Shown: positions 44,258 through 54,917 of the stretch, piece after piece | Layout of the letters: each line of letters begins with the position of its first letter | Numbering within the stretch: position 1 is the stretch's first letter | Assembly (NCBI GenBank): GCA_947586835.1 | Contig: CANPXT010000006.1 | Coordinates: 422 to 64,421 of the forward strand | Direction: 5' to 3' | Length of the DNA: 64,000 nt | Origin: an uncultured Alphaproteobacteria bacterium | Lineage (GTDB): Bacteria; Pseudomonadota; Alphaproteobacteria; CAAHEQ01; UBA3637 | Translations under genes and position numbers: made by a program | The notes under the pieces: generated by a model | The model's database searches: none | What the model was told of the DNA's origin: nothing | The model's input: the letters and a program-made list of their open reading frames with translations, nothing else

Positions 44258-45619
44258 TTATTCTTCAACACATGAACCGGTATTTATCGGTGTCAAATGC
44301 GCATTGCGTCGCCAAAACGCTTCAATCGAATCAATACCGTAGGTCTTTATTGTATTATATTCTTTTAAAAAGTCAATCATTTCTTCTAAGGAACGTGCTT
44401 TTCCGAGCAAACAGCCCTGCCCGAGTTCACAATTATGTTGTCGCAGCCAATGAAGCATTTGCGGTGAGTTAATACCGTCAATCACGGCTTTTGATTCAAA
44501 TAAACGCGCCTGATTAATCACGGATTGTACAATCAGCATTTCACGCGGATTTTCAAATAAATGCGCCGTATAAGTTTTATCCAGCTTGATTTTATCAAAA
44601 TGAAATTCCTGCAAATAGGGATAAGCGGAATAGCCGGATGCAAAATTATTTAAACAAAGCATAATTCCGTTTTCTTTTAAAATTGTAATGTTTTCCCTTA
44701 AAAGAGGCGGATATTTCGGAAAAAGTCTTTCCGTTACGGCACATTCAATTTCAGATGAGGTAATATTCATTCTGTCCAAAAGCATAAGCAAACTTTCCCC
44801 TAAATGTTCCAATTCAAGCTGTTCGGGTGTCAGATGGATTGAGATTTTTAAAGAATTTAAACCGTTGAGTTTCATTTGATTTAGATCGGTAAAAATTTGT
44901 TCAAACAAAATATTCATCAAATCCGGTAATAAATTGCTTTCTTCAAAAAGTGTCAGAAAAAAATCGGGTCCCAAAATACCTTTTGTCGGGTGACACCACC
45001 GTAAACAACTTTCCAGACAAACAAGTTCACCCGTATTGATGTTCCATTGCGGTTGATAAAAATAAAAAAATTCACGCTCTTCCAATGCTCTTCGAATATC
45101 AAAAAGCAATAACGTTTTATCAATGTTTGAATATTGATTTGTTTTTTGTTGAACTGCCAATTGCTCCCACAGCGGAATAATGCCTTTCTTTTTTAACTCA
45201 TTCGTGAAGGTTTCTGTGGGCATTTCTTTCTTCTTTTTTGATTCATTTAAAACATAAATTATGTTTTTCAACATATTGTTATTTTTATTTTTTTTATAGA
45301 TATTTTTATTCGCATTCGTTTCCATGTGTCCTGCCGGCAACTGATTAATAATATCATTTAACACATCTTGCCTGTTTTTCATTTTTTTCTTTGAATGAAT
45401 AAGTTTTAATCCGTTTTGTTTATTCAAAATTGCCTTTTCCTCTTTTTTTTCTTCCGATTCCATGGTGCCCAAAACCGTATTTAATGCCGATAATGCATTG
45501 ATTTCTTCATCGTTTTCGTATCGAGACAATTCGTCGACGGTTTCTTTAATTTTATCTGATAATTTTTGATCTGAAAGCAAAATTATGGTCTTTTCAAACT
45601 TTTTTTTATTCTTTTTCAT
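44258..45619 (-). CDS. EAL-domain (c-di-GMP phosphodiesterase-type) protein with a Lys/Asn-rich N-terminal region and no GGDEF domain
   Basis: The C-terminal ~250 aa carry EAL-family blocks (F.YQPQ.N...G....LE.LLRW.HP..G, E.AVTE, DNFASGYS...YL......K.DK, IDG....Q). The N-terminal ~180 aa are low-complexity. Confidence 0.75.
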   Translation of the reverse strand: MKKNKKKFEKTIILLSDQKLSDKIKETVDELSRYENDEEINALSALNTVLGTMESEEKKEEKAILNKQNGLKLIHSKKKMKNRQDVLNDIINQLPAGHMETNANKNIYKKNKNNNMLKNIIYVLNESKKKKEMPTETFTNELKKKGIIPLWEQLAVQQKTNQYSNIDKTLLLFDIRRALEEREFFYFYQPQWNINTGELVCLESCLRWCHPTKGILGPDFFLTLFEESNLLPDLMNILFEQIFTDLNQMKLNGLNSLKISIHLTPEQLELEHLGESLLMLLDRMNITSSEIECAVTERLFPKYPPLLRENITILKENGIMLCLNNFASGYSAYPYLQEFHFDKIKLDKTYTAHLFENPREMLIVQSVINQARLFESKAVIDGINSPQMLHWLRQHNCELGQGCLLGKARSLEEMIDFLKEYNTIKTYGIDSIEAFWRRNAHLTPINTGSCVEE

Positions 45620-45855
45620 TCTATTCTTCCCCTTCTTTACACGTTTCTAAGTCGTTTTAACGAAAAGTTAAGAATTAAATCGTTTGATTTCAAATATTTT
45701 CAAAAAAAAATAAATTTTAATTACTTGAAATTGTTTTGTTTTCATCTTTTTTAACAAAATTTCAAAAAAAATATACACTTTTTCTAAAAATTATTTTATA
45801 ATGCACCTATCTGTTTTAAGAACTCAATTATTATTTTTTGATGAAAGGATTAAAC

Positions 45856-47397
45856 ATGAATACAAGACAAAAACCAGTCGTTCTGTGCATATTAGACGGT
45901 TGGGGGTATCGTAATCAAACAGAATATAACGCCATTGAAACGGGAAAAACACCTTTTTGGCATTCTTTAATTCAAGAATATCCGACAACAATGCTTAAAA
46001 CATCGGGTCTTGATGTCGGCTTGCCTGACGGACAAATGGGTAACTCCGAAGTCGGGCATACCAATTTGGGGGCCGGACGGATTGTCATGCAGGATTTACC
46101 GCGCATTGATCAAGCCATTCAATCTCATGAACTGGATAAAAATCCCGTTTTGCGTTCGTTGATTGATAAATTAAAAGCCACAAAAAGAACCTGCCATTTA
46201 ATGGGACTAATCGGTACAGGAGGCGTTCATGCGCAACAATCGCATGTCATCGCATTGGCTCGGATTTTAAACGAAGCCGAAATCCCCGTTGCTTTGCATG
46301 CGTTTACTGACGGACGTGATACACCGCCCGATTCCGGTCGTGGATTTATGCGTGATCTGGAAAATGTATGTCAACAAATGCCTTTCGTAAAAGTAGCAAC
46401 CGTTTCAGGCAGATATTATGCCATGGACAGAGATAATCGCTGGGAAAGAATTAAGTTAGCTTATGAAGCAATTGTTAATGCAAAAGGTCCGCATTTCAAA
46501 ACGGCAGATGAAGCCATACAAGCTTCTTATAACGATAAAGTGTTCGATGAATTCATTGTACCCGCCGTTATCGGTAATTATGAGGGAATGCATGATCAGG
46601 ACGGCTTAATTATGGCGAACTACCGTACTGATCGGGCTCGTGAAATCACGCGCATTTTATTACAACCCGATTTTACGCTGAGTGAACGGTCAAAAGTTAT
46701 TCATTTTGCCGATGCCGTTGCCATGACGGAATATTCAACGGATCATACGCAATGGATGCATGTTTTATTTCCGCCTGAAGATTTGCAGCAGATTTTCGGT
46801 GAAGTAATTGCCAAGGCCGGATTAAAACAATTACGAATTGCCGAAACGGAAAAATATGCCCATGTGACCTTTTTCTTTAACGGCGGAAAAGAAACATTGT
46901 TCCAAGGGGAAGAAAGAATCCTTATTCCCTCTCCGAAAGTTGCAACTTATGATTTAAAGCCCGAAATGTCAGCTTATGAAGTAACGGACAAATTGGTCGA
47001 GGCTATTCAGAATGATACATTTGACGTGATTATCGTTAATTATGCTAATGGTGATATGGTCGGACATACCGGTGTTATGGAAGCAGCCGTAAAGGCGGTT
47101 GAAGCCGTTGATTCTTGTTTGAAACGCGTAGTCAAAGCCGTACAAGAAAAAGGCGGTGTCATGTTTATCACAGCCGATCACGGTAATGCCGAACGGATGA
47201 TGGACGAAACAACAAACACACCTTATACTGCGCATACAAATACGCCTGTTAAGGCTGTTTTGGTAAATGCACCCCAAAATATCATCGGATTGAAAGAAGG
47301 TCGTCTGTGCGATGTGGCACCGACTTTACTTGCATTGATGAATCTACCGCAGCCCTCTCAAATGACGGGAAAATCATTACTGATTTATAAAGATTAA
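45856..47397 (+). CDS. gpmI: 2,3-bisphosphoglycerate-independent phosphoglycerate mutase
   Basis: VLCILDGWG, GNSEVGHTNLGAGR and ITADHGNAE motifs. The ATG at 45856 follows AAAGGA. Confidence 0.95.
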   Translation: MNTRQKPVVLCILDGWGYRNQTEYNAIETGKTPFWHSLIQEYPTTMLKTSGLDVGLPDGQMGNSEVGHTNLGAGRIVMQDLPRIDQAIQSHELDKNPVLRSLIDKLKATKRTCHLMGLIGTGGVHAQQSHVIALARILNEAEIPVALHAFTDGRDTPPDSGRGFMRDLENVCQQMPFVKVATVSGRYYAMDRDNRWERIKLAYEAIVNAKGPHFKTADEAIQASYNDKVFDEFIVPAVIGNYEGMHDQDGLIMANYRTDRAREITRILLQPDFTLSERSKVIHFADAVAMTEYSTDHTQWMHVLFPPEDLQQIFGEVIAKAGLKQLRIAETEKYAHVTFFFNGGKETLFQGEERILIPSPKVATYDLKPEMSAYEVTDKLVEAIQNDTFDVIIVNYANGDMVGHTGVMEAAVKAVEAVDSCLKRVVKAVQEKGGVMFITADHGNAERMMDETTNTPYTAHTNTPVKAVLVNAPQNIIGLKEGRLCDVAPTLLALMNLPQPSQMTGKSLLIYKD

Positions 47398-47407
47398 GGA
47401 TTTTAAA

Positions 47408-48604
47408 TTGTTTAAATTATTTCTTCTTTCAATCGGATTGCCTTTCTTACTGATCGGTACGGCTCAGGCCGAACCGACACAGGATGATTTACAACGTATT
47501 GAAGCGGAATTACGACAAGAGCGAAAAACGCAAAAAGAAGCCGAAAAAAAATCCGCCGAAATTGCCGATGAAATTAAAACAGTTCAAAAACAAATGGTTC
47601 GTTCGGCAAAAGCTGTTCGTGAAAAAGAAGATTTACTTAATGATTTAAAGAAAAAATTAACAGATTTAAAAGAAAAAGAAGATGATTTAAATCAAAAACT
47701 GGCTTTATCCGATAAACAACTGGTAGAAGTTTCAACGGGCTTACAAACATTGGCATTGCGTCCGCCGGAGGTTGTTTTGCTCGAACCTCAAAGTCCGTTG
47801 GAACATTTAAGAAGTAAAATGTTATTTAATTTCGCACTGCCACAAGTTAAAAGTATGAATAAAGGTTTTCTGGATGATTTATCTCAATTGGCAAAAACAA
47901 AAAAAGAAATTGAAAATCAGGCTAAACGGGCAAAAACAACACAAATACAGCTTCATGAGCGCGCTTCACAAATGAATAAGCTGATTCGGCAAAAAGAATT
48001 GCTTCAAGCTCAATATAATGCCACACATAAAAAATCACGACAAAGAATTGTGGCACTCGCCGGTCAAGCCAAAGATTTAAAAGAGTTATTGGAAAAATTA
48101 GAAGTAGAAAAGCAGCGTCAAGTCGCCGAAAAAGCAAGACTTACGGAAGAAGAAAGACAAAAAGCTGCTGTGCAAAATATTGTACGGGTTCAAAATGAAT
48201 TACCAAAAAACATGACTATTCCCAAAGGATCGTTTATAAAAGCAAAAGGTTCTTTAAATTATCCGATTAACGGAAGAATTATTGAAAACTTTAACGATAT
48301 TAACAGTGCCGGTCTCCATTCAAAGGGAATGCGTTTAGTCTCAACCGGCGGCAGCATCGTGACGAATATTTTTTACGGTATCGTTTTGTTTTCCGGTCCT
48401 TTTAAAAGTTACGGACAACTGTTAATTGTTGATAACGGCGATGATTATTTAACGTTGTTGACGGGATTGGAAGATATGAATGTGTCGGAAGGTCAGGAAA
48501 TACTGGCCGGAGAGCCCATCGGTCGATTAAATAAAAACGGGGAACTTTATTTGGAAATTCGCAAAAACGGTCAACCTATTGATCCGAAACCATGGTTTCG
48601 TTAG
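47408..48604 (+). CDS. Murein hydrolase activator / M23 (LytM) peptidase with a long coiled coil (EnvC-like)
   Basis: Signal peptide, ~250 aa of coiled coil and a C-terminal LytM domain (G..I........V.F.G....YG.L.I.....Y..L........V..G..........G). TTG start. Confidence 0.8.
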   Translation: MFKLFLLSIGLPFLLIGTAQAEPTQDDLQRIEAELRQERKTQKEAEKKSAEIADEIKTVQKQMVRSAKAVREKEDLLNDLKKKLTDLKEKEDDLNQKLALSDKQLVEVSTGLQTLALRPPEVVLLEPQSPLEHLRSKMLFNFALPQVKSMNKGFLDDLSQLAKTKKEIENQAKRAKTTQIQLHERASQMNKLIRQKELLQAQYNATHKKSRQRIVALAGQAKDLKELLEKLEVEKQRQVAEKARLTEEERQKAAVQNIVRVQNELPKNMTIPKGSFIKAKGSLNYPINGRIIENFNDINSAGLHSKGMRLVSTGGSIVTNIFYGIVLFSGPFKSYGQLLIVDNGDDYLTLLTGLEDMNVSEGQEILAGEPIGRLNKNGELYLEIRKNGQPIDPKPWFR

Positions 48605-48658
48605 GAACAGGAAAAGTTTTCTGTTGACGAATGCATCAACTTTTGTTAAAAGATAAAT

Positions 48659-49318
48659 ATGTTTAAAGAAAAGCAAATTATATCCGCCCAACAGGCAGCT
48701 GATTTAATACCGAGCGGTTCATCGATTATGATCGGCGGTTTTTTAAAATGCGGTTCACCTACAATGGTTATTTCTTATTTATTAAAAAACAAAGTCAATC
48801 ATTTAACACTCATTGCAAATGATACCTCTTTTGCAGATGCCGATAAAGGACAATTAATTGCTGCCGGGCTTGTTGATAAAGCCATCGTAACACATATCGG
48901 AATGAATCCGGAAACAGGCAGACAAATGCATGATGGTACTTTAAAAGTCGAATTGGTTCCGCAAGGAACGCTTGCCGAGCGAATTCGGGCCGGAGGTGCC
49001 GGTCTGGGCGGTATTTTGACACCGACGGGATTAGGCACCATTGTTGAAGAACAAAAAGATAAAATGGTTATTGACGGAAAAACTTATTTGCTTGAAAAGG
49101 CATTAAAAGCCGATGTAGCCTTAATTTATGCCTCAAAAGCAGACAAATACGGAAATCTTTCATATAAAGGAACAACCCGTAATTTCAATACCGTTATGGC
49201 AACGGCTGCCAACTGTGTGATTGTGGAAGTTGATGAACTTTCCGAAACGCCGCTGTCACCGAATGAAATTATTGTTCCGGGACTGTTTGTTCATTATCTT
49301 GTTATGAAAAAGGATTAA
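48659..49318 (+). CDS. 3-oxoacid/acetate CoA-transferase subunit A
   Basis: Motifs GGF...G.P, ELVPQGTLAERIRAGGAG and KADKYGNL. Confidence 0.88.
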   Translation: MFKEKQIISAQQAADLIPSGSSIMIGGFLKCGSPTMVISYLLKNKVNHLTLIANDTSFADADKGQLIAAGLVDKAIVTHIGMNPETGRQMHDGTLKVELVPQGTLAERIRAGGAGLGGILTPTGLGTIVEEQKDKMVIDGKTYLLEKALKADVALIYASKADKYGNLSYKGTTRNFNTVMATAANCVIVEVDELSETPLSPNEIIVPGLFVHYLVMKKD

Positions 49319-49320
49319 AA

Positions 49321-49971
49321 ATGCCGACCAAAGATGAAATTCGTCATTTTATTGCCAAACGCGTTGCCAAAGAATTTCAAGACGGCGATATTGTGACATT
49401 GGGAATTGGGTTACCCACGTTGGTCGCTGACTACCTATCTCCGACAAAACATGTTACTTTGCAATCTGAAAACGGTGTTTTAGGAGTTGGCAAAACCCCT
49501 CTGCCTGAAGATTGTGATGAGCAAATCACTAATGCAGGCGGTAAATTAATTTCATTGATTGACGGTGGTTGCTACTTCGATAGCTTCACTTCTTTCGGTA
49601 TGATTCGCGGCGGACATATCAATGCAACGGTTTTAGGTGCTTTACAAGTTGATGAAGAAGGAAACCTGGCGAACTGGGTCGTTCCCGGGAAACTGGTGCC
49701 CGGTATGGGAGGAGCCATGGATTTGGTTGTCGGTGCTCAAAAAGTGATCGTAGCCATGGAACATACCAATAACGGAAAATCAAAAATTTTAAAAAAATGC
49801 ACTCTCCCCTTAACGGCTGCACACGAAGTTGATATGATTATTACCGAAAAAGGCGTTTTTGAAATAAAAGAAAACGGTTTAACGCTTGTTGAAATCAGCT
49901 CTCTTTCCTCACTTGATGATATCAAAGCTTCAACGGAAGCTTCTTTTAAAATTGATTTAAAGATCGCTTAA
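49321..49971 (+). CDS. 3-oxoacid/acetate CoA-transferase subunit B
   Basis: Motifs LGIGLPT, SENG and GMGGAMDLV. Confidence 0.88.
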   Translation: MPTKDEIRHFIAKRVAKEFQDGDIVTLGIGLPTLVADYLSPTKHVTLQSENGVLGVGKTPLPEDCDEQITNAGGKLISLIDGGCYFDSFTSFGMIRGGHINATVLGALQVDEEGNLANWVVPGKLVPGMGGAMDLVVGAQKVIVAMEHTNNGKSKILKKCTLPLTAAHEVDMIITEKGVFEIKENGLTLVEISSLSSLDDIKASTEASFKIDLKIA

Positions 49972-50421
49972 TCTTAAGTCTTTTATCATTAAAATCGATC
50001 GCATTTTATTTACATGAGAATACCATTTTCCATATGATACAAAGCCAAATTTTTCAAAAAAAGGCAAAATATCATGATGAACATATACAGCCATTCGTTC
50101 ATGTTTTTCTTTTCGCGCATAACTGAAAGCCATTCCGACCAACTTCGAACCCACACCTTGCCTGCAATATTTTTCATTAACAACCAACTGGCTCAATCGA
50201 ATCCATTTATTTTGCGGTTCCGGCGTTAACATCAGGCAAGCGACCGGTTGTCTTGAATTAACGAGAGCAACAATAAAGACAGACTCATCTTCAATTTTTT
50301 CAAAAGCAACACTTGTCAATAAGTGTAACGGTTGCCATAAGCGATCACGACGCAGTTTCAAACATTTACTATATATGGGATTTTGGTTTGTAATGAATCG
50401 ATAGCTGAGATAGGATTGCAT
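49957..50421 (-). CDS. GNAT-family N-acetyltransferase
   Basis: The QLVVNEKYCRQGVGSKLV motif is the acetyl-CoA-binding R/Q-x-x-G-x-G/A motif. Confidence 0.75.
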   Translation of the reverse strand: MQSYLSYRFITNQNPIYSKCLKLRRDRLWQPLHLLTSVAFEKIEDESVFIVALVNSRQPVACLMLTPEPQNKWIRLSQLVVNEKYCRQGVGSKLVGMAFSYARKEKHERMAVYVHHDILPFFEKFGFVSYGKWYSHVNKMRSILMIKDLRLSDL

Positions 50422-50437
50422 AGTTTGCCTTTCACTT

Positions 50438-50755
50438 TTAATATGACTTTTTAATTTCTAATGAAGCAGATAAAGTATAAATCGCTTCACGACTATCATT
50501 TGGTGCCACACGATTTTTGCGTTCAAAACCACATTTACGACAGCGATGAAGAATATATTCTTTACCGTTTCGAATTTCAAAACCGACCGGATCCATAATT
50601 CCCTGACAGGAACAAGCTCTGTCACCGGGTAAAATATCAACATGCACACAAGAAAGACAATGGGGACAATGGTTCGTATACCCGTTACCGTTCACACAAT
50701 ATCCGCAAACAATACATATAAAGTTTTCAACCGTTTTCGTAAAATTTTTAGTCAT
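50438..50755 (-). CDS. RNHCP-domain zinc-ribbon protein
   Basis: F.C..CG......GYTNHCPHCL.S.HVD..PGDR...C.G.M and a second CRKCG. The ATG at 50755 overlaps the hflX stop (AATGACTAA). Confidence 0.7.
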   Translation of the reverse strand: MTKNFTKTVENFICIVCGYCVNGNGYTNHCPHCLSCVHVDILPGDRACSCQGIMDPVGFEIRNGKEYILHRCRKCGFERKNRVAPNDSREAIYTLSASLEIKKSY

Positions 50756-52031
50756 TGTTCTTCCTTGAATATACAATAAAAGACTTAAACAATCTCTCAT
50801 CTTCCGGTTTTAATCGCACCAGAAGCGTTATTGTTTTTTCATTATCTTTTCGACTGATTATTTGTCCTTTTTGATATAAGTTTGCCAATGATTTACCATC
50901 AGACACGGGAATGGATAATTTAAAAGTTTTTCTATCTTTATTTAACGTCTCTTCAACGGCCTTTAAAAGTGCATCAACACCTTTGCCCGTCAAGGCAGAA
51001 ATCGGATATTCTTTCGGTTTTCGTTTTTTTTGATTTATAATCATATTTTTTTCGTTTTCATCAAATAAATCAATTTTATTTAATGCTTCCAACAGTTCGT
51101 TTTCGACGGTTTCTTTAAGACCTAAATCACATAAAACACGTTCAACATCTTTCTTTTGAGCCAACGTATCCGGATGATGATAATCGCGAACATGAACAAT
51201 GACATCGGCTTCTAAAACTTCTTCCAACGTCGCCCGAAAAGCCATAATAAGCTCGGTTGGCAAATCCGATACAAAACCGACCGTATCGGATAAAACGGCA
51301 ACTTGTCCAGACGGCAGTTTGATTTGACGCATTGTCGGATCTAATGAAGCAAACAACATATCTTTTGCAAAAACATTGGCTTTTGTTAAATAATTAAAAA
51401 GAGTTGATTTTCCGGCATTGGTATATCCTACCAGAGCCACCACCGGAAACGGAACTCGTTTTCTCGCTCGTCGATGAAGAGCCCGCGTTTTTTTAACTTC
51501 TTCCAATTCTTTTTTAATTTTAACAATATCTTCATCAATTAAACGCCTGTCTAATTCTATTTGCGTTTCACCCGGCCCTCCTAAAAATCCGGATCCGCCC
51601 CGTTGCCGTTCAAGATGCGTCCATGATCGAACCAATCGAGAACGCGCATAAGTCAAATGCGCTAATTCCACTTGTAATGCTCCTTCTTTGGTTCGGGCAC
51701 GTTGACCGAAAATTTCTAAAATCAAAGCCGTTTTATCAATAACCTTTGTCTGCCATATCTTTTCTAAATTACGCTGTTGCAGCGGCGATAGTCGACAAAC
51801 CATAATCACAACATCAATTTGATTTTCTTTAATAAAAGAGCAATAAGAATCGATAGCTCCTTTTCCGATGAAGGTTGGCGCTTTAATCGTGCGCAAAGGG
51901 ATCAGATCGCTTTTCACAACCGTTAAGGCAATCGCTTGAGCCAAAGCAACCGATTCATCAAGCGTAGCACACGGCTGCCGATAAAATTTTTCATTTTTTA
52001 AAAACGGAAATAAAATCAGCGTATTATTCAA
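50748..52031 (-). CDS. hflX: GTPase HflX
   Basis: The N-terminal HflX domain has GGIGGRGPGE-like LGGPGETQIELDRR. The G-domain has GYTNAGKSTLFN, DTVGF and NKID. Confidence 0.95.
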   Translation of the reverse strand: MNNTLILFPFLKNEKFYRQPCATLDESVALAQAIALTVVKSDLIPLRTIKAPTFIGKGAIDSYCSFIKENQIDVVIMVCRLSPLQQRNLEKIWQTKVIDKTALILEIFGQRARTKEGALQVELAHLTYARSRLVRSWTHLERQRGGSGFLGGPGETQIELDRRLIDEDIVKIKKELEEVKKTRALHRRARKRVPFPVVALVGYTNAGKSTLFNYLTKANVFAKDMLFASLDPTMRQIKLPSGQVAVLSDTVGFVSDLPTELIMAFRATLEEVLEADVIVHVRDYHHPDTLAQKKDVERVLCDLGLKETVENELLEALNKIDLFDENEKNMIINQKKRKPKEYPISALTGKGVDALLKAVEETLNKDRKTFKLSIPVSDGKSLANLYQKGQIISRKDNEKTITLLVRLKPEDERLFKSFIVYSRKNND

Positions 52032-52048
52032 TTAACTTCATCCATTAC

Positions 52049-52255
52049 TTACAAAACAATGGGCGATGAAGGCATAACCGTAGAAACGGCTGCTTTGTAA
52101 ATCATTTGTGTATGTCCGTCGCGTCTGAGAAAAATTGTTTTTTCATCAAAAGAAACAATAATTCCCTGCAATTTAATACCACCGATTAAAAAAACAGTCA
52201 CAGGTATTTCATCTGTATTAATTTTTTTCAAAAAAGCTTCTTCCGTAAAAGACAT
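52049..52255 (-). CDS. hfq: RNA chaperone Hfq (short form, 68 aa)
   Basis: Sm motifs VTVFLIGGIKLQGII.SFD and IYK.AVSTV. It lies upstream of hflX. Confidence 0.9.
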   Translation of the reverse strand: MSFTEEAFLKKINTDEIPVTVFLIGGIKLQGIIVSFDEKTIFLRRDGHTQMIYKAAVSTVMPSSPIVL

Positions 52256-52416
52256 TTTAGCTCCTTTTGTTAAACAATCTTTTTTATAACATACTTAAAT
52301 AAAATTTTCAAGTCTTTATTTAAAATTTAAGACTTTTTTATCTTTTAAGGCAAAAAACAACCGTTTTTTATTTTTATCTCTTGATATATGATAAAAAATT
52401 CTTTATAAATCATAAT

Positions 52417-53250
52417 ATGAAAGTACGCTCTGTTTTTATCTTCGGATTTTCGTTGTTAACTTCTGCTGTTTTGGCTGAACCGTTCGGCAGTTGTCCGCCT
52501 TATTCGGCTTTATATGGTGATCAAATTCTTTACGACTTAAATCATAAACCGATTTTGGCGTTGTTGGACAATGATTTAAAAATGTCCAATCTTTTGGGAA
52601 ATATTCCTTCTTTTGATTTATTTAAAACTACGCAAAATAATGTTTTTTACCCGAACGGCGATATATTGGTCACCTTTCAATCAAACGGTTCCCCAAGGAG
52701 CGGTATACAAAATATTTTTTATGAAAACGGCAATTTAATGGCTTCAATCCCATATTCTGAGGGTCAAAAAAACGGTTCTTTAAAACTTTATTATTCCAAT
52801 GGCGTGTTAATGGCCAGTATTCCGTATAAAAATGATTTAATTAACGGCGAATTAATTACCTATTATAATAATAACAATATTCAAATGCGCCAAACCTATA
52901 CAAATAATATGCCTGTCGGTACGGGTGAAATGTATCATGATAACGGAAATTTACAATTGACGCAAACTTATCAAAACGGGCAAATTCAAGGCCTTCAAAC
53001 ACAATTTTATGAAGATGGCTCAACCGTTCAATCGGAAATTTATTTTTCGAACGGGGTTATGAATCAAACAGCACGTTTATTTTACTTTAATTCGGCACCG
53101 CTTGCCGTTATTGAACTAAATGAAGGACAAATAATTTCAAATATTTGTTATACAAATGTCGGACAGACATCAAAACTTAATCAGGTTGAAATATATAAGT
53201 TTTTAAACGGTATGCGTCCGATTAATTGTTTCTATCAAAGTGAAATGTAA
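52417..53250 (+). CDS. Secreted MORN-repeat (YwqK-like) protein
   Basis: Signal peptide MKVRSVFIFGFSLLTSAVLA. Repeated Y..NG.L.....Y.NG...G units follow. Confidence 0.7.
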   Translation: MKVRSVFIFGFSLLTSAVLAEPFGSCPPYSALYGDQILYDLNHKPILALLDNDLKMSNLLGNIPSFDLFKTTQNNVFYPNGDILVTFQSNGSPRSGIQNIFYENGNLMASIPYSEGQKNGSLKLYYSNGVLMASIPYKNDLINGELITYYNNNNIQMRQTYTNNMPVGTGEMYHDNGNLQLTQTYQNGQIQGLQTQFYEDGSTVQSEIYFSNGVMNQTARLFYFNSAPLAVIELNEGQIISNICYTNVGQTSKLNQVEIYKFLNGMRPINCFYQSEM

Positions 53251-53318
53251 TTTTTTTTGTGATTGACAAATACCTTAAAATCATTTATTTTGAATAAAAT
53301 TTTAAAAAGGATATTCAA

Positions 53319-54083
53319 TTGCGTTTCATATATTTTCTGTGTCTTACCTTTCTTTTTGTGATGCCGCCTGCGGTAAATGCACAAAATTATACGATTTCTT
53401 CATTTTCAAAAGCTAAAAAACTGCTGCTGAACAATGTTTACACCGATTACTTTCAAACCGTTTACTGTCAAGCGACATATTTACCCGAAACAAAGCAAAT
53501 TATTCATTATCCCGAAAACTTTAATCAAACGGTCATGGCAAAACGTTCTCAAAAAATAGAATACGAACACATCGTACCGGCTGAAAACTTCGGACGTTTC
53601 TTTAAAGAATGGCGTGAAGGCGCACCGACTTGTGTCGATAAAAACAATAAGCCGTATCAAGGAAGAAAATGTGCTGAAAAAACAAATATTATTTTTGCAC
53701 TTATGGAAGCTGATATGTATAATTTGTATCCGGCAATCGGATCGGTCAATGCAGCGCGCTCCAATTATAATTTTACGGAATTGCCTGAAAATATACCCAG
53801 CACATTCGGTGGATGCAAATTTAAAATTGCGGATAAAAAAGTTGATCCGCCTGATGAGGTCAAAGGTTTGATTGCACGCACAACGCTCTATTTTGAATCG
53901 GCTTATGCACCCCGTTTTAGATTAAGTGCCGCTCAAAATCAATTGATGCAAAAATGGAGTGCAAAATATCCCGTATCCTCTTGGGAGTGTATTCGAACGG
54001 CTCGGATAGAAAAATTGCAACATTCCGAAAACAAAATTACAAAAAATGCTTGTATTTTAGCTCATTTATGGCCAAAGGAATAA
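53319..54083 (+). CDS. Secreted endonuclease I (EndA family)
   Basis: Signal peptide, then YC...Y, the EHIVPAE motif, N..P..G..N..R.N and YP.S.WE. The TTG start follows AAAAAGGA. Confidence 0.8.
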   Translation: MRFIYFLCLTFLFVMPPAVNAQNYTISSFSKAKKLLLNNVYTDYFQTVYCQATYLPETKQIIHYPENFNQTVMAKRSQKIEYEHIVPAENFGRFFKEWREGAPTCVDKNNKPYQGRKCAEKTNIIFALMEADMYNLYPAIGSVNAARSNYNFTELPENIPSTFGGCKFKIADKKVDPPDEVKGLIARTTLYFESAYAPRFRLSAAQNQLMQKWSAKYPVSSWECIRTARIEKLQHSENKITKNACILAHLWPKE

Positions 54084-54086
54084 AAA

Positions 54087-54917
54087 ATGTTAACCATCGG
54101 TGCACATCTTTCATCTGCAAAAGGGTTTTATGCCATGGGACAAGAAATGCTGGCAATGAATGCCTCTACCTGTCAATTTTTTACGCGTAATCCTCGTGGC
54201 GGTCAGGCAAAAGAGATTAACTTGAAGGATATTGAGTCATTTCTTAATCTAATGAAAGAGAACAGTATTCAAAAAATTTCAGCACACGCCTCTTATACCA
54301 TCAACCCCTGCTCTGATAAAGAAGAAACAAGAAGCTTCGCCCTTGAAACAATGACAGATGATTTAAACCGTTTATCGGTATTAAACGGACAATATTATAA
54401 TTTCCATCCGGGGTGTCATGTCGGACAAGGAATGACAAAAGGAATTACACAAATCGTATCACTGATTAATCATCTGTTAAGCAGGCCGACAAATACAACC
54501 GTTTTATTGGAAACCATGTCGGGTAAAGGTTCCGAAATCGGTTCAACCTTTGATGAAATTGCCGCGATTATTAATCAAAGCAATTATGCCGAAAAATTAG
54601 GTGTTTGTTTGGATACATGTCATATTTATTCCGCCGGATATGATATTGTTCATCGATTAGACGATGTTTTGGAGGAATTCGATCAAAAAATCGGTTTAAA
54701 ACGATTAAAAATGATTCACTTAAATGACAGTTTAACGCCATTTAACAGTCACAAAGACAGGCATGCCAAAATTGGTGTCGGTTCCATCGGAACAGAGGCT
54801 ATTATTCGCTTCATTAATCATCCTCTATTAAAAGATTTACCGTTTATTTTGGAAACACCTAATGAGTTTGAAGGCTATAAAGCCGAAATAGCTTTGTTAC
54901 GTGCAAATTACGGCTAA
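54087..54917 (+). CDS. nfo: Endonuclease IV (AP endonuclease)
   Basis: GAH.S, HA.Y.INP, V.LET..G.G...G, CLDTCH and HLNDS motifs. Confidence 0.92.
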   Translation: MLTIGAHLSSAKGFYAMGQEMLAMNASTCQFFTRNPRGGQAKEINLKDIESFLNLMKENSIQKISAHASYTINPCSDKEETRSFALETMTDDLNRLSVLNGQYYNFHPGCHVGQGMTKGITQIVSLINHLLSRPTNTTVLLETMSGKGSEIGSTFDEIAAIINQSNYAEKLGVCLDTCHIYSAGYDIVHRLDDVLEEFDQKIGLKRLKMIHLNDSLTPFNSHKDRHAKIGVGSIGTEAIIRFINHPLLKDLPFILETPNEFEGYKAEIALLRANYG

